From NCBI GenBank assembly GCA_964504535.1, contig CAZDED010000005.1, positions 9,411-73,410 of the forward strand: a stretch of 64,000 nt of DNA, written 5' to 3'. The notes under the pieces are model-generated. The model was given only the letters and a program-made list of their open reading frames with translations. It ran no database searches and was not told where the DNA came from. Position 1 is the stretch's first letter, and every line of letters starts with the position of its first letter. The DNA comes from an uncultured Gammaproteobacteria bacterium. Its GTDB lineage: Bacteria > Patescibacteriota > Microgenomatia > Levybacterales > GWA1-39-11. Positions 28,017 to 37,744 of the stretch are shown piece after piece. Both the position numbers and the translations under genes were made by a program.

Positions 28017-29282
28017 TTGGTAAATATGCAGCAAAACAATCCGTGGATAAGAGCCCAAAAACAACTCAGAAAGATTGCAGAGAATATCGACTTAGACCAA
28101 TCTCTTCTTTCAAGACTTATGGAACCTGACAGGATTGTAACTGTTGCGCTTCCAGTGGTTCTTGATGACGAACAGATAAAGGTTTTTACCGGCTACAGAG
28201 TTCAGCATAACAATATCATGGGTCCATACAAAGGAGGACTTCGCTATCATCCAAATGTAGATATGGATGAGGTTAAAGCGTTAGCCTTTTGGATGACTAT
28301 GAAATGCGCAGTAGTTGATATTCCATTTGGGGGAGGAAAAGGTGGGATTACTGTTGACCCACAACTCCTTTCAGATGCAGAGATTGAATCCCTTTCCAGA
28401 ATTTTTGCAAATCGACTCGCTCCAGTTATTGGGCCAGAGTTGGATGTTCCTGCCCCTGATGTCAATACAACCCCCCAAATTATGAGCTGGATCATGGATG
28501 AATATGGAAAAGTTACCGGCGACACTTCTAATGCAGTAATTACTGGAAAACCAATCGAAAATGGAGGGTCACGAGGAAGGACTGAGGCAACTGGCCTTGG
28601 TGGCGTATATGTCCTGCTTCGAATGTTAAAGAACTTGGATATTGCACCTTCTGGCCTTACTGTTGCTGTTCAAGGAATAGGCAATGTCGGATATCATGCA
28701 GCCTATTTTTTAGAGAAAGAAGGGTTCAAAGTCATTGCAATATCAGACTCGAAAGAGGCAATCCATGTTCCAAATGGTCTCAATCCTGAAAAGACTTTAA
28801 AATGTAAAAAAGATAGAGGGATGCTTTCTAATTGTTATTGTGACAATGAGCGTTGTGATATAAAAGGGGGGACAATCATTAGTAACGAAGAGCTTTTAGA
28901 ATTGCCGGTCGACATTTTAGTGCCTGCCGCACTCGAGAACGTAATAGTGTCAGAAAATGCAGGCAAAATTAAAGCCAAAATGATTTTGGAATTGGCAAAC
29001 GGCCCAGTGACTGAGGATGCTGATGAGATTCTCAATAAGAAAGGGATTACAGTCATTCCAGACATATTAGCAAATTCAGGGGGAGTCGCGACATCTTATT
29101 ATGAGTGGTATCAAAATATGCATAAAGAGGTGTGGGAAAAAGAGGCTGTTTTTGAGAAATTAAAGCAGCAATTGGAGCGGGTAACTGACGAGGTCTACAA
29201 GTCTTCCATAGAAAATGGTGTTTCTCTTCGAGATGGAGCGTATATTTTAGCCCTCAAAAGACTTCAACGAAAATGGTTATAA
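28017..29282 (+). CDS. gdhA: NAD(P)-dependent glutamate dehydrogenase (Glu/Leu/Phe/Val dehydrogenase family)
   Basis: KGGLRYHP, the GGGKGG loop and a C-terminal Rossmann GIGNVG. Confidence 0.85.
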   Translation: MVNMQQNNPWIRAQKQLRKIAENIDLDQSLLSRLMEPDRIVTVALPVVLDDEQIKVFTGYRVQHNNIMGPYKGGLRYHPNVDMDEVKALAFWMTMKCAVVDIPFGGGKGGITVDPQLLSDAEIESLSRIFANRLAPVIGPELDVPAPDVNTTPQIMSWIMDEYGKVTGDTSNAVITGKPIENGGSRGRTEATGLGGVYVLLRMLKNLDIAPSGLTVAVQGIGNVGYHAAYFLEKEGFKVIAISDSKEAIHVPNGLNPEKTLKCKKDRGMLSNCYCDNERCDIKGGTIISNEELLELPVDILVPAALENVIVSENAGKIKAKMILELANGPVTEDADEILNKKGITVIPDILANSGGVATSYYEWYQNMHKEVWEKEAVFEKLKQQLERVTDEVYKSSIENGVSLRDGAYILALKRLQRKWL

Positions 29283-29296
29283 ATTTTTAGAAAAGT

Positions 29297-29322
29297 CCCC
29301 GGGCGCACTACAGCGCCCGAGG
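29297..29322. terminator. GC hairpin cccgggcgc-actaca-gcgcccg(a)gg between convergent gdhA and the island D gene; U-tract present on the minus-strand side
   Basis: Read directly; 7 bp plus an extension. Confidence 0.55.
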
Positions 29323-29345
29323 ACAGAACCAGATTTAGCTGGTGG

Positions 29346-29600
29346 CTAAAGCCGAGTGGCGAGGCACGTTGTCGTACGTTGAACGCCACCGATCGTCTGG
29401 ATGCTGCAGGTGACGATTTGGCCGACGCTGTCCAGGTCGTTGTGCGTGATCTTCACGATCACATCGTACGGACCGGTCACGGTGTTGATCTCGGAAAGCT
29501 GTCCGCTGTGGCCGTTTTGGGCAATCTCGGAAAGGCGCGTAGCAACGGCCTTTGACTTGCCGACTTCCGTCTCGATCAGAACGTAAGCGTTAACCGCCAT
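29346..29600 (-). CDS. stand-alone Lrp/AsnC C-terminal ligand-binding (RAM) domain protein, GC-rich island D
   Basis: VNAYVLIETEVGKSKAVATRLSEI...TGPYDVIVKITHNDLDSVGQIV is the canonical AsnC_trans_reg fold sequence. GGAGG lies 8 nt before the ATG. Confidence 0.7.
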   Translation of the reverse strand: MAVNAYVLIETEVGKSKAVATRLSEIAQNGHSGQLSEINTVTGPYDVIVKITHNDLDSVGQIVTCSIQTIGGVQRTTTCLATRL

Positions 29601-29637
29601 GACTCAAGCCTCCTGTCCCGCGAAGCGGGAACGACTA

Positions 29638-29657
29638 TGCACGGAATTATTCCGTGC
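29638..29657. promoter_or_regulatory. perfect 19-bp palindrome gcacggaat-t-attccgtgc in the 5' region of the island D gene (candidate operator); a second palindrome ccgcgcactgcgcgg lies at 29730..29744
   Basis: Read directly; positioned 40-60 nt upstream of the minus-strand start. Confidence 0.35.
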
Positions 29658-29964
29658 GGTCTTTGTGGATTGTGTTTTATGCACCTCCAGCTTGATCTGT
29701 TGTTAATGCGAACAAAGACGTAAACTCTCCCGCGCACTGCGCGGAAGGCCACATCTCAATTCACTGATGGTAATTATAGGTCTATAGTATATAAAATGCA
29801 ATGATCTGTGATTAAAATTGCGTTCTTAAAAAAATAGAAAAAAAGAAACTATCCCTAAAATTAGGAAGGGATTTTTGAAAAAAACGCGAGTGTTCCTTCG
29901 GAACCAAAGGCTTCATCATCGGGGTGAGCAAAAACGGCACCAACGAACAGTTTCATGTTTTTAT

Positions 29965-30441
29965 TTATGCTTGGTCTTCAATTTTACAAAGTATCCTTTT
30001 GTATAAATTTCTGTATTTTCTTCCAATAAAACCTACCATAAGTTGTGCAATTTCTACCTCAGTGAACTGCCAGTATGTTACGTTTGTCGGATTTTCAGTA
30101 GTACCTAGTTGAAGGGCAGATCTAGTTTTGCGAACACGATCTGGATGAGTTAATTCAACCAGTTCTCCAATTTCTGAGAGTGTGAATTCTCCATTTTCGA
30201 TATCCTCTCTAAAAAAATCTCTTAATGGTTTTCCAAATTCCTCAGACTTATACATTAATATGAAATCTTCTTCAGCAAGGGGCCAATGTTCCTGTAATTC
30301 TTTGACAAAAAGATCATTTTCTTTACCATCGTTAATTAGAGGGAATGGAATGGGAGTTGACAAGAAAAAGGGTTTAGTGGTGGTATCTTTCGATGGAGCA
30401 TTTTCAATAAGATGAAATGAAGACGAAAATTCTGATTCCAT
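29965..30441 (-). CDS. hypothetical protein (158 aa)
   Basis: ORF only. Confidence 0.4.
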   Translation of the reverse strand: MESEFSSSFHLIENAPSKDTTTKPFFLSTPIPFPLINDGKENDLFVKELQEHWPLAEEDFILMYKSEEFGKPLRDFFREDIENGEFTLSEIGELVELTHPDRVRKTRSALQLGTTENPTNVTYWQFTEVEIAQLMVGFIGRKYRNLYKRILCKIEDQA

Positions 30442-30459
30442 AAAATAAATCGAGGTATA

Positions 30460-31353
30460 TTAGATAATATTGAGTCTGATTGCGGGACTCATTGTAGATT
30501 TAAGCGTAACTGAAGCGATATTGTTGATGCCAACACTTGAAATAAAAGTATGTACATTATCTTTTAATTTGCTATCTTCAAATGAAATTTTTCCGACACG
30601 TGCATGGATGATAGGTGCTTCTGACTCAGTTTTGTAGTTGATTTGTCCGCCTGAAAGTTTTTTTACAGCCTCTTCTGGTTTTTCAGCAATTGTTCCATTT
30701 TTTGGGTTTGGCATAAGACCTCGTGGTCCTAGAACTCTTGCAACTTTAGCAAGGCTTGGCATCATGCTAGGTGTTGCAACCAAAAGATCAAAATTTATTT
30801 TTCCTTTTGCAACTTCAGCGATGATTGCGTCATCAGCAATTTTTATAACTAATGTTTTTCCTGTTCCGTGGGGAAGAGTGACTTGACCGCTAACGCCTTT
30901 TTCTTTTGTATTGATATGAAGCTCAACGGTTTCGTCAAATTTTGTTGATTTAAATTTCTTAAGTGCAGCCAAAGCTTGATCAAGGTCGTATTTTTGAGAA
31001 GAGGAGACAACGGTCATATTCTCTTTATGTCTTTTTGATTCAACTTTTGCTCTTGCCTTTGCGAATTTCTCCTTTTTTGTTTTCTTTTTTTCTTCCTTTG
31101 GAACTTCAGTTTCTTCTTTTACTGTTTCAATGGTGATTTCTTCAGGAGCCGCAGAAACTGTTTCAACAACAATCTCTTCTGCCTCTTCTTTCATTGACCC
31201 ATCAGTTTGGGGATTCGTTTTTTTACCAGCGGCGATTTTCTGTTCATTTTTAGCCGCAATTTTTTCTGCCTTTTTGGCTTCTCTTTTGGCTTTTAATTTT
31301 GCTTCGTCCTCTGGGGACGACTCATCAAATGCTTTAATTCTTATTTTACCCAT
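30460..31353 (-). CDS. rplA: 50S ribosomal protein L1 with ~115-aa Lys/Glu/Ala-rich N-terminal extension
   Basis: L1 core KFDETVELHINTKEKGVSGQVTLPHGTGK. Confidence 0.85.
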   Translation of the reverse strand: MGKIRIKAFDESSPEDEAKLKAKREAKKAEKIAAKNEQKIAAGKKTNPQTDGSMKEEAEEIVVETVSAAPEEITIETVKEETEVPKEEKKKTKKEKFAKARAKVESKRHKENMTVVSSSQKYDLDQALAALKKFKSTKFDETVELHINTKEKGVSGQVTLPHGTGKTLVIKIADDAIIAEVAKGKINFDLLVATPSMMPSLAKVARVLGPRGLMPNPKNGTIAEKPEEAVKKLSGGQINYKTESEAPIIHARVGKISFEDSKLKDNVHTFISSVGINNIASVTLKSTMSPAIRLNII

Positions 31354-31359
31354 ATATTT

Positions 31360-31785
31360 TTACTCCTGTACTTTAATTCCCATTGATCGGGCGGTTCCCA
31401 TAACAACTCGGGATGCCATTTCAACATCTTTTGTATTTAAATCGTCCATTTTCTTCATAGCAACTGACTCAATTTGAGCGCGATTTAGAGTTGCTGCAAC
31501 TTCACGTCCTGGTTTCATTGATCCCTTTTGGATTTTTAGTTCCATCTTGATGAGCTCACTCATCGGTGGTTTTTTAACGATGAATGAAAATGTTCTGTCT
31601 TCATATACCGAGATTACAACTGGAAGTAGAACTCCCTTTTGATCAGAGGTCTTTGCATTAAATGCCTGAACGAATTCCATAATAGGAAGTCCGTGGGGGC
31701 CAAGTGCAGTTCCTACTGGTGGTGCAGGAGTTGCTTCGCCGCCCTTAATAGCGAGTTTTATGTACGTCTTAACCTTTTTTGCCAT
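31360..31785 (-). CDS. rplK: 50S ribosomal protein L11
   Basis: MAKKVKTYIKLAIKGGEATPAPPVGTALGPHG. Confidence 0.9.
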   Translation of the reverse strand: MAKKVKTYIKLAIKGGEATPAPPVGTALGPHGLPIMEFVQAFNAKTSDQKGVLLPVVISVYEDRTFSFIVKKPPMSELIKMELKIQKGSMKPGREVAATLNRAQIESVAMKKMDDLNTKDVEMASRVVMGTARSMGIKVQE

Positions 31786-31798
31786 ATAGTGTTTGAGA

Positions 31799-32674
31799 TT
31801 ATATCTTTGCTACTTGAAGGAAGTCAAGCTCAACTGGTGTTTCTCGTCCAAAAATTGAGACCAAAACCTTGATTTTTCCCTTAGCTTCATCAATTGATTC
31901 AACGGTTCCCAAAAAGTCAGAGAATGGACCGTCAGTAATTTTAACAGCTTCACCATTTGAAAATTGAGCCTTGTAGACTGGATCTTTTTGTCCGACGAAT
32001 GCAACAATTGCTTGGACTTCATCATCTCTAATTGGAGTTGGTTTGTTTTGAGCTCCTACAAATGAGGTAACGCCAGGGGTTGTGCGGACAAGTACCCAAG
32101 CCTCATCTGATAGATCCATATTAACTAAAATGTATCCTGGGAAAATCTTTTCTTTGATTGTTTCTTTTTTGCCTCCGCGGACTCGGATGGTGTCACGAGT
32201 TGGAACGAGTGCATCAAAAATTCTTTCCTCAAATCCCATTGCCTGAACTCTTTGCATCAATGTTTTGGCAACTTTGTTCTCATGTCCTGAATAAGTGTGA
32301 ACGATGTACCATTTTCCTCGATACGCTTTTGGAGCGGGCATAGAAGGTTGGATTTTTTCCACAACAGCAGGTTTTGCTTCCTCGGCCGAATCAGCTGCAG
32401 CTTCCTCAATCATATCTGTTGCTTCTTCAGAAGATGCTTCTTCGTTGGGAGTTGGATCCTCAACTTCAGTTTCTTCAACGGGTGAATTAGCAGAATCTTG
32501 GATAGCATCAGCGACTACTTCAGATGACGCCTCAGCAACTGTTGCCTCAACAGGTACCTGTTCTTCGGAAGGAATAGCTTCAGACATCATGTCATCAAGA
32601 CTTGGCTCACCGCTGTCTGCAGTCGTAGTTTCTTCAACAACATCTTCGTTTTTTAAATCATCAGTAATATCCAT
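31799..32674 (-). CDS. nusG: transcription antiterminator NusG with ~120-aa acidic N-terminal extension
   Basis: NGN WYIVHTYSGHENKV; a KOW domain at the C-terminus. Confidence 0.8.
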   Translation of the reverse strand: MDITDDLKNEDVVEETTTADSGEPSLDDMMSEAIPSEEQVPVEATVAEASSEVVADAIQDSANSPVEETEVEDPTPNEEASSEEATDMIEEAAADSAEEAKPAVVEKIQPSMPAPKAYRGKWYIVHTYSGHENKVAKTLMQRVQAMGFEERIFDALVPTRDTIRVRGGKKETIKEKIFPGYILVNMDLSDEAWVLVRTTPGVTSFVGAQNKPTPIRDDEVQAIVAFVGQKDPVYKAQFSNGEAVKITDGPFSDFLGTVESIDEAKGKIKVLVSIFGRETPVELDFLQVAKI

Positions 32675-32676
32675 AT

Positions 32677-32925
32677 TTAGCTAACTAAAAGTTTGAGCAT
32701 TTGCGTAAAGACCATGTCGAGTCCTCCTAGATAGAGTCCGACTCCGACAGATATTCCAAGTACTATGATTGTGAGTCTAATAGTGTCAGCTCTAGTAGGC
32801 CACGTTACCTTTGAAATTTCTGCCCTAACCTCATTTACAAATTTGAATATATTCATTGGTATTATACTCACTACCCAAAAGAACCTAAAGCAAATGTCAA
32901 TTCTTAGATTCTCGGGATATAGCAT
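32677..32925 (-). CDS. secE: preprotein translocase subunit SecE
   Basis: FVNEVRAEISKVTWPTRADTIRLTIIVLGISVGVGLY. Position is the conserved secE-nusG-rplK-rplA order. Confidence 0.7.
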   Translation of the reverse strand: MLYPENLRIDICFRFFWVVSIIPMNIFKFVNEVRAEISKVTWPTRADTIRLTIIVLGISVGVGLYLGGLDMVFTQMLKLLVS

Positions 32926-33096
32926 ATTATTATACAGAGTTGAGGCGGAATTGTAAAGAGACTGTTGAGTATAGTCTCTTTGCCCATTCTCAACCCAGTG
33001 GGTTTCGAAGGGTAAAGATGTCCCGGGCCTGAATTGATTCTAGACTTTTGTGAAATTATCTATTAATCTTGTACATATGGGCAAGATAAGCGAAGC

Positions 33097-34017
33097 TTGT
33101 TTCTGCCACTGTTGAACAATATGCCAAAAATTAAAAAAGCAGTTATCCCCGCAGCAGGTTTTGGAACCCGATTTCTCCCTCAAACGAAGGCAATGCCGAA
33201 AGAAATGCTTCCGATAGTTGATAAGCCAATCGTTCAATATATTGTAGAAGAACTGGTAGATGCAGGCATTGAGGACATCATCATCGTTACGGGGTCACAC
33301 AAAAGAACTATCGAGGATCATTTTGATAGGCCATCAATGGAATTGGTAGAAAACCTACGGATGGGTGGGGAGAAGAAGATGAAATTTTTGGAAGAGGCCG
33401 AGAGGATTGCTTCAATGGCAAACTTCATTTATGTCAGGCAAAAAGGGCCGTATGGCAATGGAACGCCACTTCTTAATGTAAAGTCTATCGTTGGTGATGA
33501 GCCCTTCATATATACCTGGAGTGACGATTTTATTAAAGCAGAACCAAGATCTCGCTTCCAACAATTAATAGACATATACGAAAAATATAATTGTTCTGTT
33601 CTGGCATCTGTCCGGGCAAAATCAGACGAGGATTATGACAGATATGGATTTGCCGGAGGAGAGGAAATAGAAGATGGAGTAATTGATACCAAGACAATCA
33701 TCGAAAAACCAGGAAAGATAAATGCTCCTTCAGACATGGCAAATGTGAGTGGATATTTACTCACTCCAGACATTTTCGGATATTTGGAAAAGGCAATGGA
33801 AAATTTACGTGAAGGGGATGAATTGTACTATAACGATGCCCTCAAGCTCATGTTGGGTGATGGCAAAAGAGTATTGGCCGCTGAAATTAAAGGTGGGAAA
33901 TACTATGATACGGGGAACAAGATAGAATATATGAAGACTATCGTCGAATTTGCTCTCCAAAACCAAAGCATCGGTGGAGAATTTAAAGACTTTCTTCGAA
34001 CCCTCGATTTGTCATAA
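33097..34017 (+). CDS. galU: UTP--glucose-1-phosphate uridylyltransferase
   Basis: KAVIPAAGFGTRFLPQTKAMPKEMLPIVDKP. Confidence 0.85.
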   Translation: MFLPLLNNMPKIKKAVIPAAGFGTRFLPQTKAMPKEMLPIVDKPIVQYIVEELVDAGIEDIIIVTGSHKRTIEDHFDRPSMELVENLRMGGEKKMKFLEEAERIASMANFIYVRQKGPYGNGTPLLNVKSIVGDEPFIYTWSDDFIKAEPRSRFQQLIDIYEKYNCSVLASVRAKSDEDYDRYGFAGGEEIEDGVIDTKTIIEKPGKINAPSDMANVSGYLLTPDIFGYLEKAMENLREGDELYYNDALKLMLGDGKRVLAAEIKGGKYYDTGNKIEYMKTIVEFALQNQSIGGEFKDFLRTLDLS

Positions 34018-34092
34018 GTCCATGTAAGACTTAAAAGGAGCCCCTCTTTATTTCTTCTTGAGTTCAAGTTCATCTTCGTTTAAACTTACAGT

Positions 34093-35823
34093 ATGCATAT
34101 TGTTCACTCTATCGCTTCTGAAATAGGGCAAATCGCGAAAAAATTCTCAGAAGAATTCCTAGAATTTGATGTTTCTGTAGGTTCAAATAGTAGCAAAGGA
34201 GACATTACAACAAATATCGCCCTCGTACATTTCAAGAAATTAGGATTTAACTCACCACATGAAGCAGCAGACGCAACTGTTGCCGAATATAAACTTCATG
34301 AAGAAGAATTGGGTGAACACTCAACATTTAAAAACATTGAGGTAGCAGGGCCAGGTTTTATCAATTTTTATTTCAATCAAACATTTCTTTCTTCTGTTTT
34401 AAAATCAGTCATTCAAGATGGTAATCAGTTTGGTAAGAATGAAAAACTAAATTCTCAAACAAATAAAACAATCGTTGAATTTGGGGATCCAAACCCTTTC
34501 AAAGAAATTCATATCGGGCATCTTCGGAATTTTTGTATTGGAGAGTCTTTTTGCCGGCTTTTAGAGTCTCAAGGTGACACAGTCATCCGTGCAAATTATC
34601 AGGGAGATGTCGGCCTTCATGTAGCAAAGGCAATGTGGGGGTTACTAAAAAGAGAGGAAGAATTCTTAGATTCTGGTAAATCTGAGGATGAAAAAGTAAA
34701 GATTTTAGCCGAGTCTTATGTGGAAGGTGCAACTGAGTTTGAAAATAATGAAACTGTTAAGCAAGAAATCATTGATATCAACAAGAAAATATATGGTGAC
34801 GATGAGAGTCTATATCAGTTGTGGGAGGAAGGTAGAAAAGTTAGCCTTGAACACTTTGAAGAACTCTATAAAAAGATCGGAGTACGTTATGACAAATACT
34901 TTTTTGAGTCCACGACTGCAAAAAAAGGAAAAGAAGTGGTTCTTTCTCATATAGATGATGGTGTTTTTGAAAAAGATGATGGGGCAGTCGTATACAGAGG
35001 AGAACAGGATGGGTTGCATACTCGTGTTTTTTTGACATCCCAAGAATACGCAACCTATGAAGGAAAGGACCTAGCGCTTGCCATCTTGAAAAATGAAGAC
35101 GATGAGTACGATATATCGGTAATTTTGACAGGAAATGAGCAACAAGAATACTTTCAGGTAATGCTTGCGGCTCTTAAAAGAATTGAGCCAAGCCTTGCAT
35201 CAAGAACAAGTCATTTTACTTTTGGACACGTAAAGCTTAAAGAAGGAAAGATGTCTTCACGTACTGGAGACGTAATATCTGCAAATTGGTTGATTGACGA
35301 GGCGATAAAAAGGGTTCGTACGCAATTTTCGGATATGGACGAAGGAACCTCTGAAAAAGTAGGAATAGGAGCTGTGAAATATTCTATGCTTAAATTTGCA
35401 ATTCCATCTGAGATCCATTTTTCTTTTGAAGAATCAATTTCGTTGGAAGGAAACAGTGGGCCATATTTGCAGTATGCGTATGTCAGGACGCAAAGTGTTT
35501 TGCAAAAAGCAGGAAGTCAGAGTACAGAAAACAGGGGACAGGGGACAGTTAAGGCTGGAAGTTTGGAAAATGAGGAATCTGACCTATTACGTTTTCTTAC
35601 ACAATATCCGTACCATGTAGAAAATGCCTCAGTCGAATTCGCTCCAAATTTACTGTGTAACTATCTATTTGAATTAGCACAAAAATTCAACCTCTTTTAT
35701 CAGAAATGCAAAATCATAGATTCAGAAAATGAGTCATTTCGGTTGGAACTTACAAAGGCCGTGGGGATAGTTCTTCAGAATGGCCTGCAACTTCTTGGCA
35801 TCGAAACAGTTGAAAAAATGTAA
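34093..35823 (+). CDS. argS: arginine--tRNA ligase
   Basis: HIGH motif PFKEIHIGHLRN; a DALR anticodon-binding domain at the C-terminus. Confidence 0.9.
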   Translation: MHIVHSIASEIGQIAKKFSEEFLEFDVSVGSNSSKGDITTNIALVHFKKLGFNSPHEAADATVAEYKLHEEELGEHSTFKNIEVAGPGFINFYFNQTFLSSVLKSVIQDGNQFGKNEKLNSQTNKTIVEFGDPNPFKEIHIGHLRNFCIGESFCRLLESQGDTVIRANYQGDVGLHVAKAMWGLLKREEEFLDSGKSEDEKVKILAESYVEGATEFENNETVKQEIIDINKKIYGDDESLYQLWEEGRKVSLEHFEELYKKIGVRYDKYFFESTTAKKGKEVVLSHIDDGVFEKDDGAVVYRGEQDGLHTRVFLTSQEYATYEGKDLALAILKNEDDEYDISVILTGNEQQEYFQVMLAALKRIEPSLASRTSHFTFGHVKLKEGKMSSRTGDVISANWLIDEAIKRVRTQFSDMDEGTSEKVGIGAVKYSMLKFAIPSEIHFSFEESISLEGNSGPYLQYAYVRTQSVLQKAGSQSTENRGQGTVKAGSLENEESDLLRFLTQYPYHVENASVEFAPNLLCNYLFELAQKFNLFYQKCKIIDSENESFRLELTKAVGIVLQNGLQLLGIETVEKM

Positions 35824-36335
35824 AGGGTGGTGCCGGAAAGCAGGACTATCACCCCATGATGCCCTAGGGCATCAAGTGAGTCCCACGATGGGGACATCAA
35901 CTTTCCGGCGTTTAAAACACACTGCGTTATTGGGATCTTAGCGCCTCTGCGCCGTGGCTGTCGTCTTCAGCGGCTGATCGGGAACCCCGTCACCGTTGTA
36001 AGGCCTGAAGCCATTCGACCGCTGCTGCTTGCGATCGGCAGCTGCCTGTTCGCGGCTTGTTTCCGTTTCTTCTCCCGGTCCGAGTGATTCACGAAGAGAC
36101 CCTCATCGACCGACCGTTCTGGGCCCTCCGATGAGAGACGGTGGCGGTGGGAACGTATGTGCTAACGTTCCCATGCATCCGGTCTTGTAGGACCTTCCGC
36201 TTGTTGCGCCATGCCTTGAAGGAGTTGCTACTCCTCCACGTATCTTTCGCTTTGCTCAAGTACCTTTACCTCTCCTGGAGTGGATTGATCCCGTTTTACG
36301 CAGTGTAGTTTTTCAATGATCTTAAAAGCAGAACC
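35824..36335. other. GC-rich non-coding island E: no ORF of 60 aa or more in any frame, dense hairpins (candidate structured ncRNA or decayed foreign DNA)
   Basis: An 82-nt nested structure lies at 35825..35906 (gccggaaag...ctttccggc enclosing gatgcc-ctag-ggcatc and ccccat/atgggg). Further perfect stems: gggaacgt/acgttccc, ctcatcg/cgatgag, ggcagctgcc. Confidence 0.3.
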
Positions 36336-36430
36336 GCTCTTACGCTAAGTGCACTAGCACTAGCATAAGTTAAGAATCCGCTCTCGTGATGCAGATATTA
36401 TACACCTGCATAGTATAAATACTAGATTTC

Positions 36431-37741
36431 TTGCAACGGCACTTTAGGTGTGAGAGAATTGTTCTCACAATGCACTACCACAGAAATATTCTTTCCAATG
36501 GCACCAGAGTAATTGTTGTTCCGGTTCTTGGAGTTGAAAGTGCTACAACTCTTGTCATGTACGGAACAGGGAGTAGGTATGAGGAGAAGAAGCATAACGG
36601 TATTTCCCACTTTTTGGAGCACATGGCTTTTAAAGGCACGACCAACAGACCATCAGCTCGCGAAATTTCAGCTCTTATTGATGGAATAGGGGGGGATTTT
36701 AATGCTTTTACCAGCAAAGAATACACCGGATACTACATAAAATCGGCGACAAGTCATGTCCATTTGTGCCTCGATGTACTTTCTGACATGTTAAAGAATC
36801 TTCTTATGGATCCAGAGGAAATTGAGCGCGAAAAGGGGGCAATTGCTGGTGAGATAGGCATGAATGAGGACAATCCGATGAGAAATATAGGAGATATTTA
36901 CGAAGGTCTTTTGTATGGAGACACCCCTCTTGGATGGGATACTGCTGGCACTCCTGAGATCATAAAATCACTGTCCCGCCAGGACTTTCTAGAATACATG
37001 GGAGATCACTATAGCGCTCACAATATGACTGTTGTGGTTGCGGGGAACGTTCATGTCGAGTCTACTCTAAAAGAAATTGAAAAATATTTCGGAGATGTTA
37101 AGAGATTTGATGTCAAGTCGTATCTACCTGTTCACGACAAGCAAACAAAACATCAAGTTTTTATAAAGCAGAAAAAAACAGAACAAGCGCATTTTGCGTT
37201 GGGTGTCAGAACGGTAGGACTTTCTGACAAAAAAGACAGATATCCACTGAGTGTTTTGGCTTCAATTTTAGGTGGAGGAATGTCCTCACGACTTTTTTAC
37301 GAAATCCGAGAAAGACGAGGATTGTCTTATTATGCCCACACGAGTTCAGAGCATTATCTTGACGCAGGATATTTGGCAACATGGATAGGAGCTGATCCTA
37401 AAAGGGTTGAGGAAGCAGTCAAAGTTACTGTCGAGGAGTACGCGAAAATTACTGTTAAAGGTGAAATTACTGAAGAAGAGCTGACAAAAGCAAAAGAATT
37501 TATGAAGGGGCACTTTGTATTGGGGCTTGAGGATACCAGATCTATTGCTGTCATGTATGCATCTCAGGAAATACTTGAGCATTGCTTAACTGATCCAAAA
37601 GATATCATGGAAAAGGTTGATGCAGTAACTTTGGATGATATCCATAGAGTAGCGAAGGAATACTTAGATACGAGGGCAATGAGCCTTGGTATGATCGGTA
37701 ATTTTGAAGAACCTGAAAAATTTGAAAGACTTCTGAAATAA
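36431..37741 (+). CDS. M16-family zinc peptidase (pitrilysin-like)
   Basis: Inverted zinc motif HFLEHMAFKGT...E. Confidence 0.8.
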   Translation: MQRHFRCERIVLTMHYHRNILSNGTRVIVVPVLGVESATTLVMYGTGSRYEEKKHNGISHFLEHMAFKGTTNRPSAREISALIDGIGGDFNAFTSKEYTGYYIKSATSHVHLCLDVLSDMLKNLLMDPEEIEREKGAIAGEIGMNEDNPMRNIGDIYEGLLYGDTPLGWDTAGTPEIIKSLSRQDFLEYMGDHYSAHNMTVVVAGNVHVESTLKEIEKYFGDVKRFDVKSYLPVHDKQTKHQVFIKQKKTEQAHFALGVRTVGLSDKKDRYPLSVLASILGGGMSSRLFYEIRERRGLSYYAHTSSEHYLDAGYLATWIGADPKRVEEAVKVTVEEYAKITVKGEITEEELTKAKEFMKGHFVLGLEDTRSIAVMYASQEILEHCLTDPKDIMEKVDAVTLDDIHRVAKEYLDTRAMSLGMIGNFEEPEKFERLLK

Positions 37742-37744
37742 ATT

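Noticed and set aside
32926-33096. Expected tRNA-Trp upstream of secE
   Set aside because: Only a 7-bp hairpin (agagact...agtctct) in the divergent secE/galU promoter region. No cloverleaf could be built on either strand. tRNA-Trp is instead at 13107..13180.
35824-36335. Island E as RNase P RNA, tmRNA or SRP RNA
   Set aside because: Landmarks are absent: GGAAAGUCCGGGCUC and ACAGAACCCGGCUUA for RNase P, the tRNA-like GGUUCGAUUCC...CCACCA 3' end for tmRNA, and the GGAAGCAGC helix-8 loop for SRP RNA. The GGAAAG present here is inside a stem, not a loop.
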